Assembly (NCBI RefSeq): GCF_006345805.1
Contig: NC_043009.1
Location: 1,302,001 to 1,366,000 of the forward strand
Direction of reading: 5' to 3'
DNA from: Octopus sinensis
Taxonomy: Eukaryota
Length of the DNA: 64,000 nt
A program made the position numbers and the translations under genes. The notes under the pieces were generated by a model. That model was not told the origin of the DNA. It searched no databases and saw only the letters and a program-made list of their open reading frames with translations. This document shows positions 25,501 through 37,574 of the stretch, one piece after another (position 1 is the first letter of the stretch; the number at the start of each line of letters is the position of its first letter).

Positions 25501-26974
25501 GGGTGGGATGTGCGTGAGGGATTTCGGATTAATGAAATAAAAATAGCAATCAGTTTAACTGTTGAGTCAGCTTGGGTTGTGATGTAATGAGGAGCAGTCT
25601 TTCTTTTCGGTTTTTCTCTTTAAACGTAAACAAATTGTACTTGTCGAAACAAATATACCACACCATAGTACATAGATGTATCTGTAGCAACCACCTGCTT
25701 TCTTTCCTTTGTTTCCCGATTAAGAGACAATGTAGGCTACAGACATCTCCAAGTACACACACACACCTCGTTTCTGAAGTCAAACATTGCAACCACTTCT
25801 AATCTCTCTCAGCCCATCTATAAAGAAGCTTTCTCCTATTATTATTATAACAAACGAAATAACGTTCGATGAAGTTTCACTGGCCATTCACACACCGTGT
25901 CCCATTTTTCTTTTGTGTGTCTCTTGAGTGTAGCATAAAGGTCTCCTTGTATCTTAAATGCAACACACACACGTATGGCCCTATGAAAATGGCTTAGGTT
26001 TTCCTATCTTCTCGTAAACAGTGTATTTAAGGTGCGCGCACACACACACATACATATAGTGAAGCATGTTGATCACCCTAGCTTTCTATGGCTCGTGCCC
26101 TCCTTTTTTATTGAATGACATTGTTATATATATGTATGTATGTATATACACACATACACATATATATAATGAAGCATATTGAGTACCCTAGCTTTCTATA
26201 GCTCGTACCCTCCTTTTTTTTTTTTATTGAAGGACAGAGTGTATACAGCATACATTTATTTATCTGTGCATATAAATCATCTCAAGTTCAAAATAAACTG
26301 TGTACCTATTTCAAAAGGCACTCAAACCACACACACACACACACACACACACACTGGCGAATCAGCCAAGCCAAATAGAAACTTTTGAAACCTAAAAACC
26401 AATATCTCAATTCACAGAAACTCGTGCCTCTAAACACCAAACTCTAGGGTCATTAAAAGGAGAATCCATTTGTCTGGGCTAAACTCACTTCTACGACCAC
26501 CCGTAATATGCTCATTTAAAAACCCGAATCTTATACGCCTGGGTTCTCTCATACATACACATATTCCAAATACTACATTTGTTTTAGTATTTCGGGTGTT
26601 ATCTGAGTACCACACCCTATATTTTGTATTTTGTTATTTTCTTTGTACCTCTCTTCGCCCACCCACCTCGTGGTTCACATAAATAAAATAAAATTGTACC
26701 TGAGATGATAGCAAGTAACAAAACCGGATTTAGCAGTACCTCGCTATCTTTAGTCCAAATCTACCCCACCCGCACGCTCGGGTATACACACACGCAAACA
26801 CATTATGCATGTCTGTATCCCTTTATAGATTTATATATAGGTAGGTATATCTATCAATCTATCTATCCCTTTGTAAATCTACCCATATAGACATACGTGT
26901 GTGTGTGTATACCTATCTATATATTTATCCAAACCACTTTCTTATTCTATGCAATTAATCTTGTTTCGCCTCAA

Positions 26975-27230
26975 GCTGGCTCTGATTGTGGAAATCTAAT
27001 GTTATCATCATTATAAAGGCAACTCAACCGTGACTATCCCGTCTTTTGTTACCTTGAGGAGAAGGACACATCATCCAATGTGTCTTTACTTCCATCCTCC
27101 CCCGCCACTTTTTAAAAACCTTTTAATTCTTATTTTACGACATTAAGGTTGTGATTTAAGGGAAATTTAGTTGGCATTTCTGGCAATTAAAGGGACCGCG
27201 TAAAGGGTTCCCTTGCTGGCTCGCACAATA
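26975..27230 (-). mobile_element. Interspersed repeat family F (ctagaaatagcagccaaat...aaggacacattggat)
   Basis: Related segments at about 3050-3110, 8925-9085, 14150-14340, 16080-16215, 18000-18170, 20040-20170, 45380-45495 and 47105-47215. Confidence 0.6.
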
Positions 27231-27512
27231 GATGTGAGATCGAAATGATTCTCTCTCTCTCTCTCTCTCTCTTACACACAAAACCAATAATTTAATCAGA
27301 ATTAAGGATCATCTACGAAATATAAAAATAAATCGAACCAAAATGAAATCATTAGCATCTTTCTTGGAAACATTCGAACAATTTGGATGGCGACAAAAAG
27401 GGAAAGAAACATTAATTTAAGTCATACATTACAACAATAATACAAATAATAGACACATGCACACAGAAGGAAGCATATCTGTGTATATACACACATACAT
27501 ACATATATATAT

Positions 27513-27545
<33 letters not shown>

Positions 27546-27609
27546 GTAAGAAGTTGGCGTCAGAGATATTTCACTTTAAAGGAGGTGAAATATTTCATAT
27601 AACTTATTG

Positions 27610-27648
<39 letters not shown>

Positions 27649-28272
27649 GAGTAATTGTTTGTTTTAATTGCGTGTGTATAATTTGAAAATGTGCCGAGAG
27701 CCGTGTTAACAGATTATATTCACTTTTATTTTACATGATTAATAAATTAAATTTTTGTTGGCGATAAAATGTGATGAGTGTATATACAAGCAATTGTCTC
27801 TAAATCTATACATAATAGATGTAGAGTGGAAACCCCATAAACCGGCCTTCCCTATTTATACACACACACACATATATATATATATAAACCAGATATTTTT
27901 ATACCTGTACGTATGTGTATCAATATCATTATTATCATTATTATTACTATTTAGAACAGTTCGATCGGTTCGATGCGATTTAAACTTTCTTACTGCAACC
28001 TAAACATTTGTCTTAAACATTTGTCTCCAGCAATATTTAAACCAAACATTATTAAATCGTTCTAAAAACCATTTCAGTTGAACAATAAATAGAAAAACAA
28101 TCAACTTTTCTAATCAGTAACAAAAAATAAAGTATCTGGAAGTTATGATTAATTAATTAATATTAAAGACGTAGTTGGATTCGGATCTAGAAACGACCGT
28201 GGTTGGGGAAAGGTTGATGCAGATCTATATACCCATTATACACACACGCGTATGTATATATTTATATGATGT

Positions 28273-28324
<52 letters not shown>

Positions 28325-28769
28325 TGTTTGGTTCTAAAAAGAAAAACTAATTAAAGACACAAGAAATAAATCTCCAATTAAATAAATACACAAATATACT
28401 GAAGAGAAAACGAGGTATGTGTGTACTTACTTATTTGTTAGGATCACAACGACTGAGGAATAGAAATCCTTTAAGGGTCCACACCAACCCATTCGGCTCA
28501 CATCCACTTTTGTCTTGGCTGTTTTTCTGTATTTTTGGGGATTTGTGAAAGGGGGGGGGTGGACCTTTTTTTTTTTTCTTTTTGTTTGACGAATGTAAAA
28601 AAAATATTATTATTTAAACAGCTGAATTTTTTTTCTTTTCGTGTAATCTCTCCTCCTGGTTATATAATTTTTTACTTATTAATAATAAGTTTATTATTAT
28701 TATTATTAAATTTCCACTGCGGCCTTTTTCCAGTCACTACAACGAGACAAGGTAATCACCGTCGGCGAA

Positions 28770-29030
28770 AGAGACAGAGAAAGACAGACAGCGACGAGCG
28801 GGAGGGAGGGAGGGAGGGAGAGCGGTGGTGGTGGTTGAGAAAGAGAGAGAAAGACAGATAGTGACGAGGGGGAGGCAGAGCGGCGGCGGTGGTTGAGAGA
28901 AAGACAGACAGTGACGAGGGAGAGCGGCGGTGGTGGTGGTGGTTAAACGAGAGAGAAAGAGAGAAAGACAGATAGTGACGAGGGGGAGGGAGAGCGGTGG
29001 TGGTGGTTAAACGAGAGAGAAAGAGAGATA
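28770..29030 (+). repeat. GC/purine-rich degenerate tandem repeat (~50-60 bp unit gagagaaagacagatagtgacgagggg..agagcggtggtggtggtt), about 4-5 units
   Basis: Visible repeated blocks; includes (GGGA)4GGG at 28800-28818. Confidence 0.8.
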
Positions 29031-31551
29031 AAAGGTAACAACAGACGTTAGCTGAGAAACAGCTGCAACGATTGGTCTATTTTGTTAGTTGGCAACCAAT
29101 GAAACGGCTCTGTTTAAAACCGTGCCAACTGCTCATCTCGCACCCGCTACCTTTGGCGTTTAACATTGACTCAGAAATTCAGTCACAACAACCACCGACT
29201 CACTCGACTGTGTGTGTGTGTGTGTGTGTGTATATAGATGTGTGTGTGTGTGTGTGTATATAGATGTGTGTGTGTGTGTGTGTGTATATAGATGTGTGTG
29301 TATGGTCAGTATGGGATTCAGTACATAATATATATGCATTAGACGGTGGCCATGCTGGAGCACCACCTTGAATAAGTTTCAGTCCAATGAATCGACCTCA
29401 ACACACTTTTTAAAGCTTCGTACTTAAACTATCAGTCTCTCTTGCCGAACCGCTAGGTTACGGAGATGTAAACACATCAACACCGGTTGCCAAGTGGTGG
29501 TAGGGGGACAAAGAGACATACACAAGCGCACGCGCACACACACACACACACATACACGACAGGCTTCTTTCTGTTTCCGTCTACCAAATCCACTCAAGGC
29601 TTTGGTTGGCCCATGGCTATAGTCGGAGACAAGGTACCACACTGGTACTGAACCCGGGTCCATATGGTTGGGAAGCAAACTTCTTACCACACACACAGCC
29701 AGGCATGCGCCTGTATAGAATTCTTTTTTGGGAATGTTGAATCTCAAAACAGATAAGCTATAAATATTAGCGTATAAATATTCTTTTCTACTCTAGGCAC
29801 AAGGCCCGAAATTTTGAGGGAGGGAGTCAGTCGATTAGATTGACCAGTACACAACTGGTACTTCATTTATCGACCCCAAAAGGAGCTGAACATAGAGGGA
29901 ACAAACAAGGTCAGACAAAGGGATTAAGTCGATTATATCGACCCCAGTGCGTAACTGGTACTTATTTAATCGACCTCGAAAGGATGAAAGGCAAAGTCGA
30001 CCTTGGCGGAATTTGAACTCAGAATGTAGCGGCAGACGAAATACCTATTTCTTTATTACTCACAAGGGGTTAAACACAGAGAGGACAAACAAGGACAGAC
30101 ATAGGTATTAAGTCGATTACATCGACCCCAGTGCGTAACTGGTACTTAATTTATCGACCCCGAAAGGATGAAAGGCAAAGTCGACCTTGGCGGAATTTGA
30201 ACTCAGAATGTAGCGGCAGACGAAATACCGCTAAGCATTTCGCCCAGCGTGCTAACGTTTCTGCCAGTTCGCCGCCTAATAGCATGTAAATAGTGGGTAA
30301 AAAGAAAATCCTTTGGATAGAGGAAGTCGAACGCTACCCCTAGGGCACGAATGTACAGCAGCCCTTTTCCCAAGGGTTTTTTTCAACCCAATATTTGCAT
30401 TTATAGCATTTATTTGTTTCGAGATCCACTTTTCCCCAAAACAATTATTTCATTTTCTCCTTAGAGTTCATAAATTCTTAGGAGTTTGTCAGCTATAAAT
30501 AAACATTCTTTTCTTACCTTCTTTTATTTGTCTCAGTCATTTGATAGTAGCCATGCTGGAGCACCGCCTTTAGTCAAACAAACTCCAGGACTCTAGTAAT
30601 TATTCTATCAGTCCCTTTTGCCGAAACTCGAAGTTATGGGGATGTAAACACGCCAACATCGCTTGTCAAACGATGATGGGGGGACAAACAGACACACAAG
30701 CATATATATATATGATGGGCTTCTTTCAGTTTCTGTCTACCAAATCCACTCACAAGGCTTTGGTCGGCCTGAGGCTATATAAGAAGACACTTTCCCAAGG
30801 TGCCATGCAGTGGGACTGAACGCAGGACCATGTGGTTGGTAAGCAAGCTTCTTACCACACAGCCACTCCTGCGCCTTTCTTTTAGTTATTTCAGTCATTT
30901 GATTGCAGCCATGCTGGAGCACTGCATTAAAAAGTTTTACTCAAACAAATTGACTTTTCTTCTAGTACTTATTCTATCGGTTTTTTATTGCCGAACTGCT
31001 AAGTTATGGGGATGTAAAAACAGCAACATCAGCTGTGTCAAGCAATAGTGGAGGGGACAAACACAGACAAACAAATATATATATATATTTGACAGGCTTC
31101 TTTCAGTTTCCATCTACCAAATCCACTTACAAGGCTTTGGTTGGCCTGAGGCTACAGTAGAAGAGACTTGCCCATGGTGTCATGCAGTAGGACTGAACCC
31201 TGAACCATGTGGCTGGCAAGCAAACTCAAAAGGTAATCTTTATATCCAATTTAACATCAACATTCTTTTAGAAGACCAAATACTACATTATTAGCCTTAT
31301 TATTGCCCCATATAGGCAACTGGTACATAGAAGTACAAGCTTCACACATGAGATCTAACAAAGTGAAAATACAGCTGCCACTTTTACAAATTAACTTTAT
31401 ATACAGAACAAATCTTGCATGATCTACATTTTCCCCAAAATTAAGTAATCCTATTGATGACTGATTTTAGGTTTTAAATAACTTTAAACAGTGTTTTTAT
31501 CTACTAATTACATGTATAATTGCAATTAATATTTTCCAGCTTACAATCTAT

Positions 31552-31860
31552 CTATATATAGATATATATAAAGATGAAAATGTGAGTGTCTGTGTGAATC
31601 CCTAAAACTCGAAAACTACGCAACAGATTTCATTCAAATTTTATACATGCCTTACTTAGGGTCCATGTAGTGTCATGAGCCAAAACAATTTTCAACTTCT
31701 TGCCTAATGCGAGCCCAGAGCAATCTCTTATGTCTTCCACTAATTCAGTATTACGTGTCAAAAGTGAAGCAATAACAGCTCTCTATTGTAATGTCAGAAT
31801 ACTTTCACTTGAATAGTTTCACTCTTAATACTGAAACTATCAAAGTCAAACTATTATCTC
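31552..31860 (+). mobile_element. Helitron-like 5' fragment
   Basis: tctatatatagatatatataaagatgaaaatgtgagtgtctgtgtg...aactacgcaacagatttcattcaaattttatacatgc is the usual layout of non-autonomous Helitron 5' ends. Confidence 0.4.
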
Positions 31861-31967
31861 ATATATACAGGCATACATACGTATATACATATTTTATATA
31901 TATATATATATATAGATACATGTATGGATGTACATGTATAGATGTGTATATATATATATATATATAG

Positions 31968-32003
<36 letters not shown>

Positions 32004-32081
32004 CATGTATATGTATAGATGTATGTATATATATACATATGCATAGGTGTGTGTATATATATATATATGTGTGTATATATA

Positions 32082-32116
<35 letters not shown>

Positions 32117-32418
32117 GCGACTGAAGAAGGGTTTTTTTCTTTGTGTTAATTGTCCTGTACTCTATTTTTTTGTTGCTTAAAAAATGTCCAGTTCTTTGGG
32201 TTTGTGTCTATGTTTTTGTTTCTCATTGTGTTCGACATTTTTTTTGTGTCCTGTACTCATATATGCGTGTATATATACATGTAGAGGTTGGTATGTACAT
32301 ATATGTATATATATATATGCATATGTTTTATTTATTAATATATATATATATATATATATGCATATGTTTTATTTATTAATATATATATATATATATATAT
32401 ATGCATATGTTTTATTTA

Positions 32419-32456
<38 letters not shown>

Positions 32457-32652
32457 TATGTTTTATTTATTAATATATATATATATATATGTATAATACA
32501 TGTGTATGTTGTATATATATATATATGTATGCATGTGTATATGTATATAATAGATTCATATCTAACATGCACACACACACATATATATATATACACATAC
32601 ATACCTTTATACATACATTTACATACACACACATATACACCACACATATATA

Positions 32653-32708
<56 letters not shown>

Positions 32709-32710
32709 CA
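31860..32710. repeat. Compound (TA)n/(CA)n low-complexity block with higher-order repeats (tatatgcatatgttttatttattaa)
   Basis: Direct reading. Similar blocks at 22425-22610, 34290-34530 and 51770-52100, plus many short (TA)n and (GA)n tracts. Confidence 0.9.
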
Positions 32711-34345
32711 GATAAAACAAGCTGTCTTTTCTTCAGTGGCATGTCTGTGATGGAGAACCTCTTGATTCTGAGGATTATCTCCCCTCCTTATTTGGGATTA
32801 CTTGCAATTGCTACAAAGTGTTTATTTACACTGTCTCTCAAAGTGAAGATAATTTCTATAAATTCTTCTTTTTTTTTCTTGGGCGACCAGCCATAAAAAC
32901 CATGCCAAAACAGACACTGAAGCATGGTACAGTCTTCTGCCTAGCCAGCTCCTGTCAAATTGTCCAACCCATGCCAACATGGAAAGCAGACATTTAATGA
33001 TCATTATCCAGGCAGGTACTGCAGTAGCTCTCAGATATATTCCAGGTTTGGGCTAACCGTGATTGTTGAAAGACCCTGAATAAAGGTGCACAGCAGACTA
33101 TGCTGGGTTGTATGCATAACTGCACATACTCTGTGCAGCAGAAACATGTTGGTCATTTTAAGTAACTATTTATGCTGCATGACCAACTATAAAATTAAAA
33201 GAAAAAAATTGATGATGTACCAGTTTCCACATTCTTTGAAATTGTTTGAAATATATATACATATAAGGAAATAATTTAGCTCTCAAATGCAGGATAATGT
33301 TAATATATATATATATATAATAATCATGTCACACCAACTAATGATATTCTGAATGCATTTAATATGTATGTTTCAGATCATTACACAATAGATAAAAAAG
33401 AAATTCATCTCTTATGCAAGATCATCCTCAGTTAAGATATTTTAAAATATGAACAAAGTCAGTCCTTACTCCATTTCTGCAGATATGCTAACAAGAATTT
33501 GGAGTGGTTTGGAGAATTCAGATAATATAATTACTTCTAAACATAACATGAAATATATGTGTATAATGTTGATTGAGTTTCGCTTGTGGGTCCATAGGGT
33601 CTTCAGGTAAGTTACGACAGAAAAATTATGGAATTTGCACATCCATATTGTGGCACTCTGTCGGTTACGACAACAAAAGTTCCAGTTGATCTGATCAACA
33701 GAACAGCCTGCTTGTGAAGTTAACGTATAAGTGGCTGAGCACTCCAGACATGTGTACCTTTAACATAATTCTTGGGGGATTCAGTGTGACACAGTATGTA
33801 ACAAGACTGACCCTTTGAAATACAAGTACAACAGAAACAGGGAGAGTGAGTACAGCAGGGTTTGCCACAATCCCCTGCCAGTGCCTTGTGGAGCTTTAGG
33901 TGTTCTCTCTCAATAAACACTCACAATGCTCAGTCTGGGAATTGAAATCGCGATCCCTTGACTGCAAATTCGTTGCCCTAACCACTGGGCCATTGTGCCT
34001 CCATGCACAATTCCTGTGATAGAGCATGTGGTGGAGAGAAAATATTATAAAGGAACTCTATAGCTAGTTGTGCAAATTCCATCATTTTTCACAGATAAGT
34101 TGCCTTAAGACCTTGCGTACCCACAGGTAAAACTCAGACTAGCAAGAGACTGACTTGATCAAAATAGACATCATTACCCTCTAAGGTAGTGAGTACTCTA
34201 TTTTGACACTGAACTCTAAACTTGTGAATGTGTGAACATTTGTATAAATGACATTAAACGGTTCTGTGGTTATATATAGAAAAGACATGATTATATACAT
34301 ATTTATATATCTATATATATGACATTAAATGATTATATATAAAGA

Positions 34346-34377
<32 letters not shown>

Positions 34378-34488
34378 TGTAACATTAAATGATTATATAT
34401 ATATATACATATAACATTAAATGATTATATATATATATACATATAACATAAATGATTATATATATATATACATATAACATTAAATGAT

Positions 34489-34520
<32 letters not shown>

Positions 34521-34991
34521 ATATATATTACGGAGATGTACTTGCATAGCAAGTGATTTGATCTGAGATCGTGTGCTGGAAGATATATATATAAGATAGA
34601 CATTAAACGATTATAGGTGTGGCTGTGTGAGAAGTTTGCTTTCCTTTGGCAAGGTTCCAGGTTCAGACCCACTGCATGGCACCTTGGGCAGGTGTCTTCT
34701 ACTGTAGCCTTGGGTCAACCAAAGCCTTCTCAGCTGATCTGGTCGACAGAAACTGAATGAAGCCTGCAATGTGTGTGTGTTTGCCCACCACCACTGCTTG
34801 ACAACCCGTGCTAGTGTGTTTATGCCTCCCATAACTTAGCAGTTTGGCAAAACAAACTGATAGAATAAGTACCAAGCTTTAAAAAAAAAAGTACAGTGGT
34901 CAGTTTATTTGACCAACAATTCTTGAAGGTGGTGCCCCAGCATGGTCGTAGTCAAATGACAGAAACAAAAGATAAAGAGAGACTGTATATA

Positions 34992-35525
34992 CAGGGGTTG
35001 GACAAAATAATGGAAACACCTAGCATCATAATTTTGAAATATCTATAAAACCATCAAAAGCTTGTTTATTTTTATGTTTTTTGATTTATTATTTGTGTTG
35101 TTTAATATGTTTTGCTAAAATTGCTGTTTCTTTTCAGATATCATCAAAAGAAGGTAATTAAAATGCATTAAAATGACAGATCTATTGGACTTTCAAAGAG
35201 GTCAAATTGTTGGTGCTCGTATGGCAGGTGCTAGCGTAACAAAAACAGCCGAAATGTTTGGTGTATCAAGAAGTACTGTCTTGAAAGTAATGACAGCCTT
35301 TGAGAAAGAGGGAAAAACCTTGTCGTCGAAACAAAACTCCGGAAAAAAACCAAAGCTTTTAGATAGGGACTGTTGGACTCTTCTGGGAATTGTTAGAAAG
35401 GATCACAAAAGCACAGGTCCCAAAATTACTGCAGAGCTTAATGACCACCTCGAGAACCCAGTTCCCACAAAAACTGTTCACTGGGAGCTGCACAAAGCAG
35501 GATTTCATGGGAGGGCAGCAAACAT
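34992..35525 (+). mobile_element. 5' half of a Tc1-like transposon (TIR plus N-terminal HTH of transposase), truncated
   Basis: TA|caggggttggacaaaataatggaaacacc TIR start. ORF 35173: MTDLLDFQRGQIVGARMAGASVTKTAEMFGVSRSTV...LHKAGFHGRAA is a typical Tc1 paired-like DNA-binding region. Homology stops before the DDE domain. Confidence 0.85.
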
Positions 35526-36949
35526 GTCTATAATATATTGTTGCTCTAAAAAAACCATACAGGCTGCTTGTTTAACTCTTATTTTCACTTTAAAAAAATT
35601 CTTTTTATAGTCACATTTTTAAATACTCTAAGCTGACTGTGTTGTCCTGTCCTGTCCTGTCAACAGACTAGAAATTTCTACAAAATTACTTAAACAAATT
35701 TGTGTCTTCTTGTTTATTTATTTATTCTCACTTCACAGTCCAACGAAGCCATTGCTGAAAGACACTAACAGAGAATGGAAGGAGTGGAGGGAAGAGAGAA
35801 TAAGAGAAACGGAGAGATAGGAGGGGGGGGCCCAAGTGAGAGAGAGAAATTCTCAGATGACTCAATATCTAAATGTTGGTCATTAATAGAAAGCAGCTCA
35901 AATTTACCACTAGAATCTTTTATATATCCTTTTATTATCTATTTGTGAATACATTTGTATGACTTCAGCTACTTAATTTAAAAGAAAACTTTCCACCACC
36001 AGCAGCTTTATGTCTCTGTCCCTCCACCCACACAAACTCCTATTTTTATACCTGGTATAGCCTGAATGCTTTGTGTGAAAAGTTAGTTTTCTTCTAAGTC
36101 ACATTTATTTGCTGTTCGAAAAATAAAAAATGTAAGATTTTATTTGCTAAATACCAACTTCCTATATTTTAGGGAAAAAAGAGAAATTATGATAAGTTCA
36201 TGAATTTCTCATGAGTATTTGTGTCAACTTAACCCTTTTGATTTTCGTCAACATCATTTTAATGTCCACTTTTCCATGCTTGCATGGGTCAGATGGAATT
36301 TTTTGAGGTGGATTTTCTATGGCTAGATACCCTTCTTATTGCCAACTCTCACCTGTTTCCAAGTAAAACAATATTTCCTAATGACCAAACATATTTTCAT
36401 GGAAGATTTGAAGCAAGCACATCACTTGCACGATAGTGACACTCATTTACAGCTACCATGTGAAATGAATGCCAGAAAAAAAATAACACACACACACACA
36501 CACACATTTATACATACATCTATACAACAGGCTTTTGTACAGTTTCCATCAACCAAACCTGCTCATAAGGTTCTGATTGATCCAAGGGTTATAGTAAAAG
36601 ATACTTGTCCAATGTGCCATGTAGTGGAACTGAACTCAAAATATGTGGCTGAGCAGCAAATTTCTTCCCATAACTCTGCCTTTATTTTAATTAATCTTTA
36701 AAATAATGACTTCAGACCATCAATTTTGACAGAAGGAAAAAAAAAAAAAAAGGAAACTTGTTTCATAGGAAAAAGGGTCAGTCTCAGGTAGGTTGGTTTT
36801 AAAAGGGTTAAAGCAGTCAAGTAGCCATGGGACTTTCTGAATTGTATGCCTAACAGAAACTTACCTTAAATTTTTTTAATAGTGCAGCTTGCCCGATGAT
36901 GAGGCAGGTGTTGTGGCAGCTTTCTTGAAAAAAGTTTCCCATACCGAGA

Positions 36950-37574
36950 TTAACTGTTTAGCATTCAAACCAGCCATATTAGGCCTAAATGTTCGACCTG
37001 CTTTGTGTTCAAACCAACCAGATCTAGCCTTTCAAACTTACCCTACAATGTCATTCTAAAAATAAACAATCATATCATTGAAATCTTGGTGCTACAAAAT
37101 ATTATTTTACTTGTTTCAGTCATTTGACTGCAGCCATGCTGGAGCACCACCTTAAAAGGTTTTAGCTGAACAAATTGACCCCAAGACTTATTCTTTGTAA
37201 ACTTAGTACTTATTCTATCACTCTCTCTTACCAAACCATTAAGTTAGAGGGACGTAAACACACCAGCATCAGTTGTCAAGCTATCACAGGTGTACAAATA
37301 CAGACACGCATAACTATATACATATATATATCTACAATAGGCTTCTTTCAGGTTCCACTAACCAGATCCATTCACAAGGCTTTGGTTGGCCCAAGGTTAT
37401 AGTAGAAGACACCTGCCCAAGGAGACACGCAGTGGGACTGAACCCTGAACTATGAGGCTGGGAAGCAAACCTCTTAACCACACAGCCACGCCTGAATAAT
37501 GCCTGATTAATTCAAAAGAATGTGAAGGAGCAAGCATTACATTTGACAGAATAATCTGAATACCGAAGGGTGAA
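36950..37574 (-). mobile_element. piggyBac-like MITE interrupted by SINE-B (37105-37495)
   Basis: Same family as 9220-9830 in reverse orientation; the halves flank a complete SINE-B. Confidence 0.6.

Larger units (their letters stand above)
11700..30400. promoter_or_regulatory. CpG-retaining (probably unmethylated) promoter/regulatory domain
   Basis: By eye, CG dinucleotides are frequent here in both unique DNA and SINE copies (e.g. 12710-13037, 29930-30278). Unique DNA at 1-11.5 kb and 31-64 kb is CG-poor and most SINE copies there show TG/CA replacements. GC-box-like motifs at about 17172 and 17329. Not counted computationally. Confidence 0.55.

Noticed and set aside
32143-32750. Long ORFs rich in [12 protein letters not shown] (also 17199-17626, 22329-22748, 51787-52146, 58848-59441)
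   Set aside because: These are translations of TA/CA/GATA microsatellites that lack stop codons by composition.
35173-35610. 145-aa ORF as a domesticated or intact transposase gene
   Set aside because: Only the N-terminal HTH part; similarity ends near 35520 and the frame runs into unrelated sequence.
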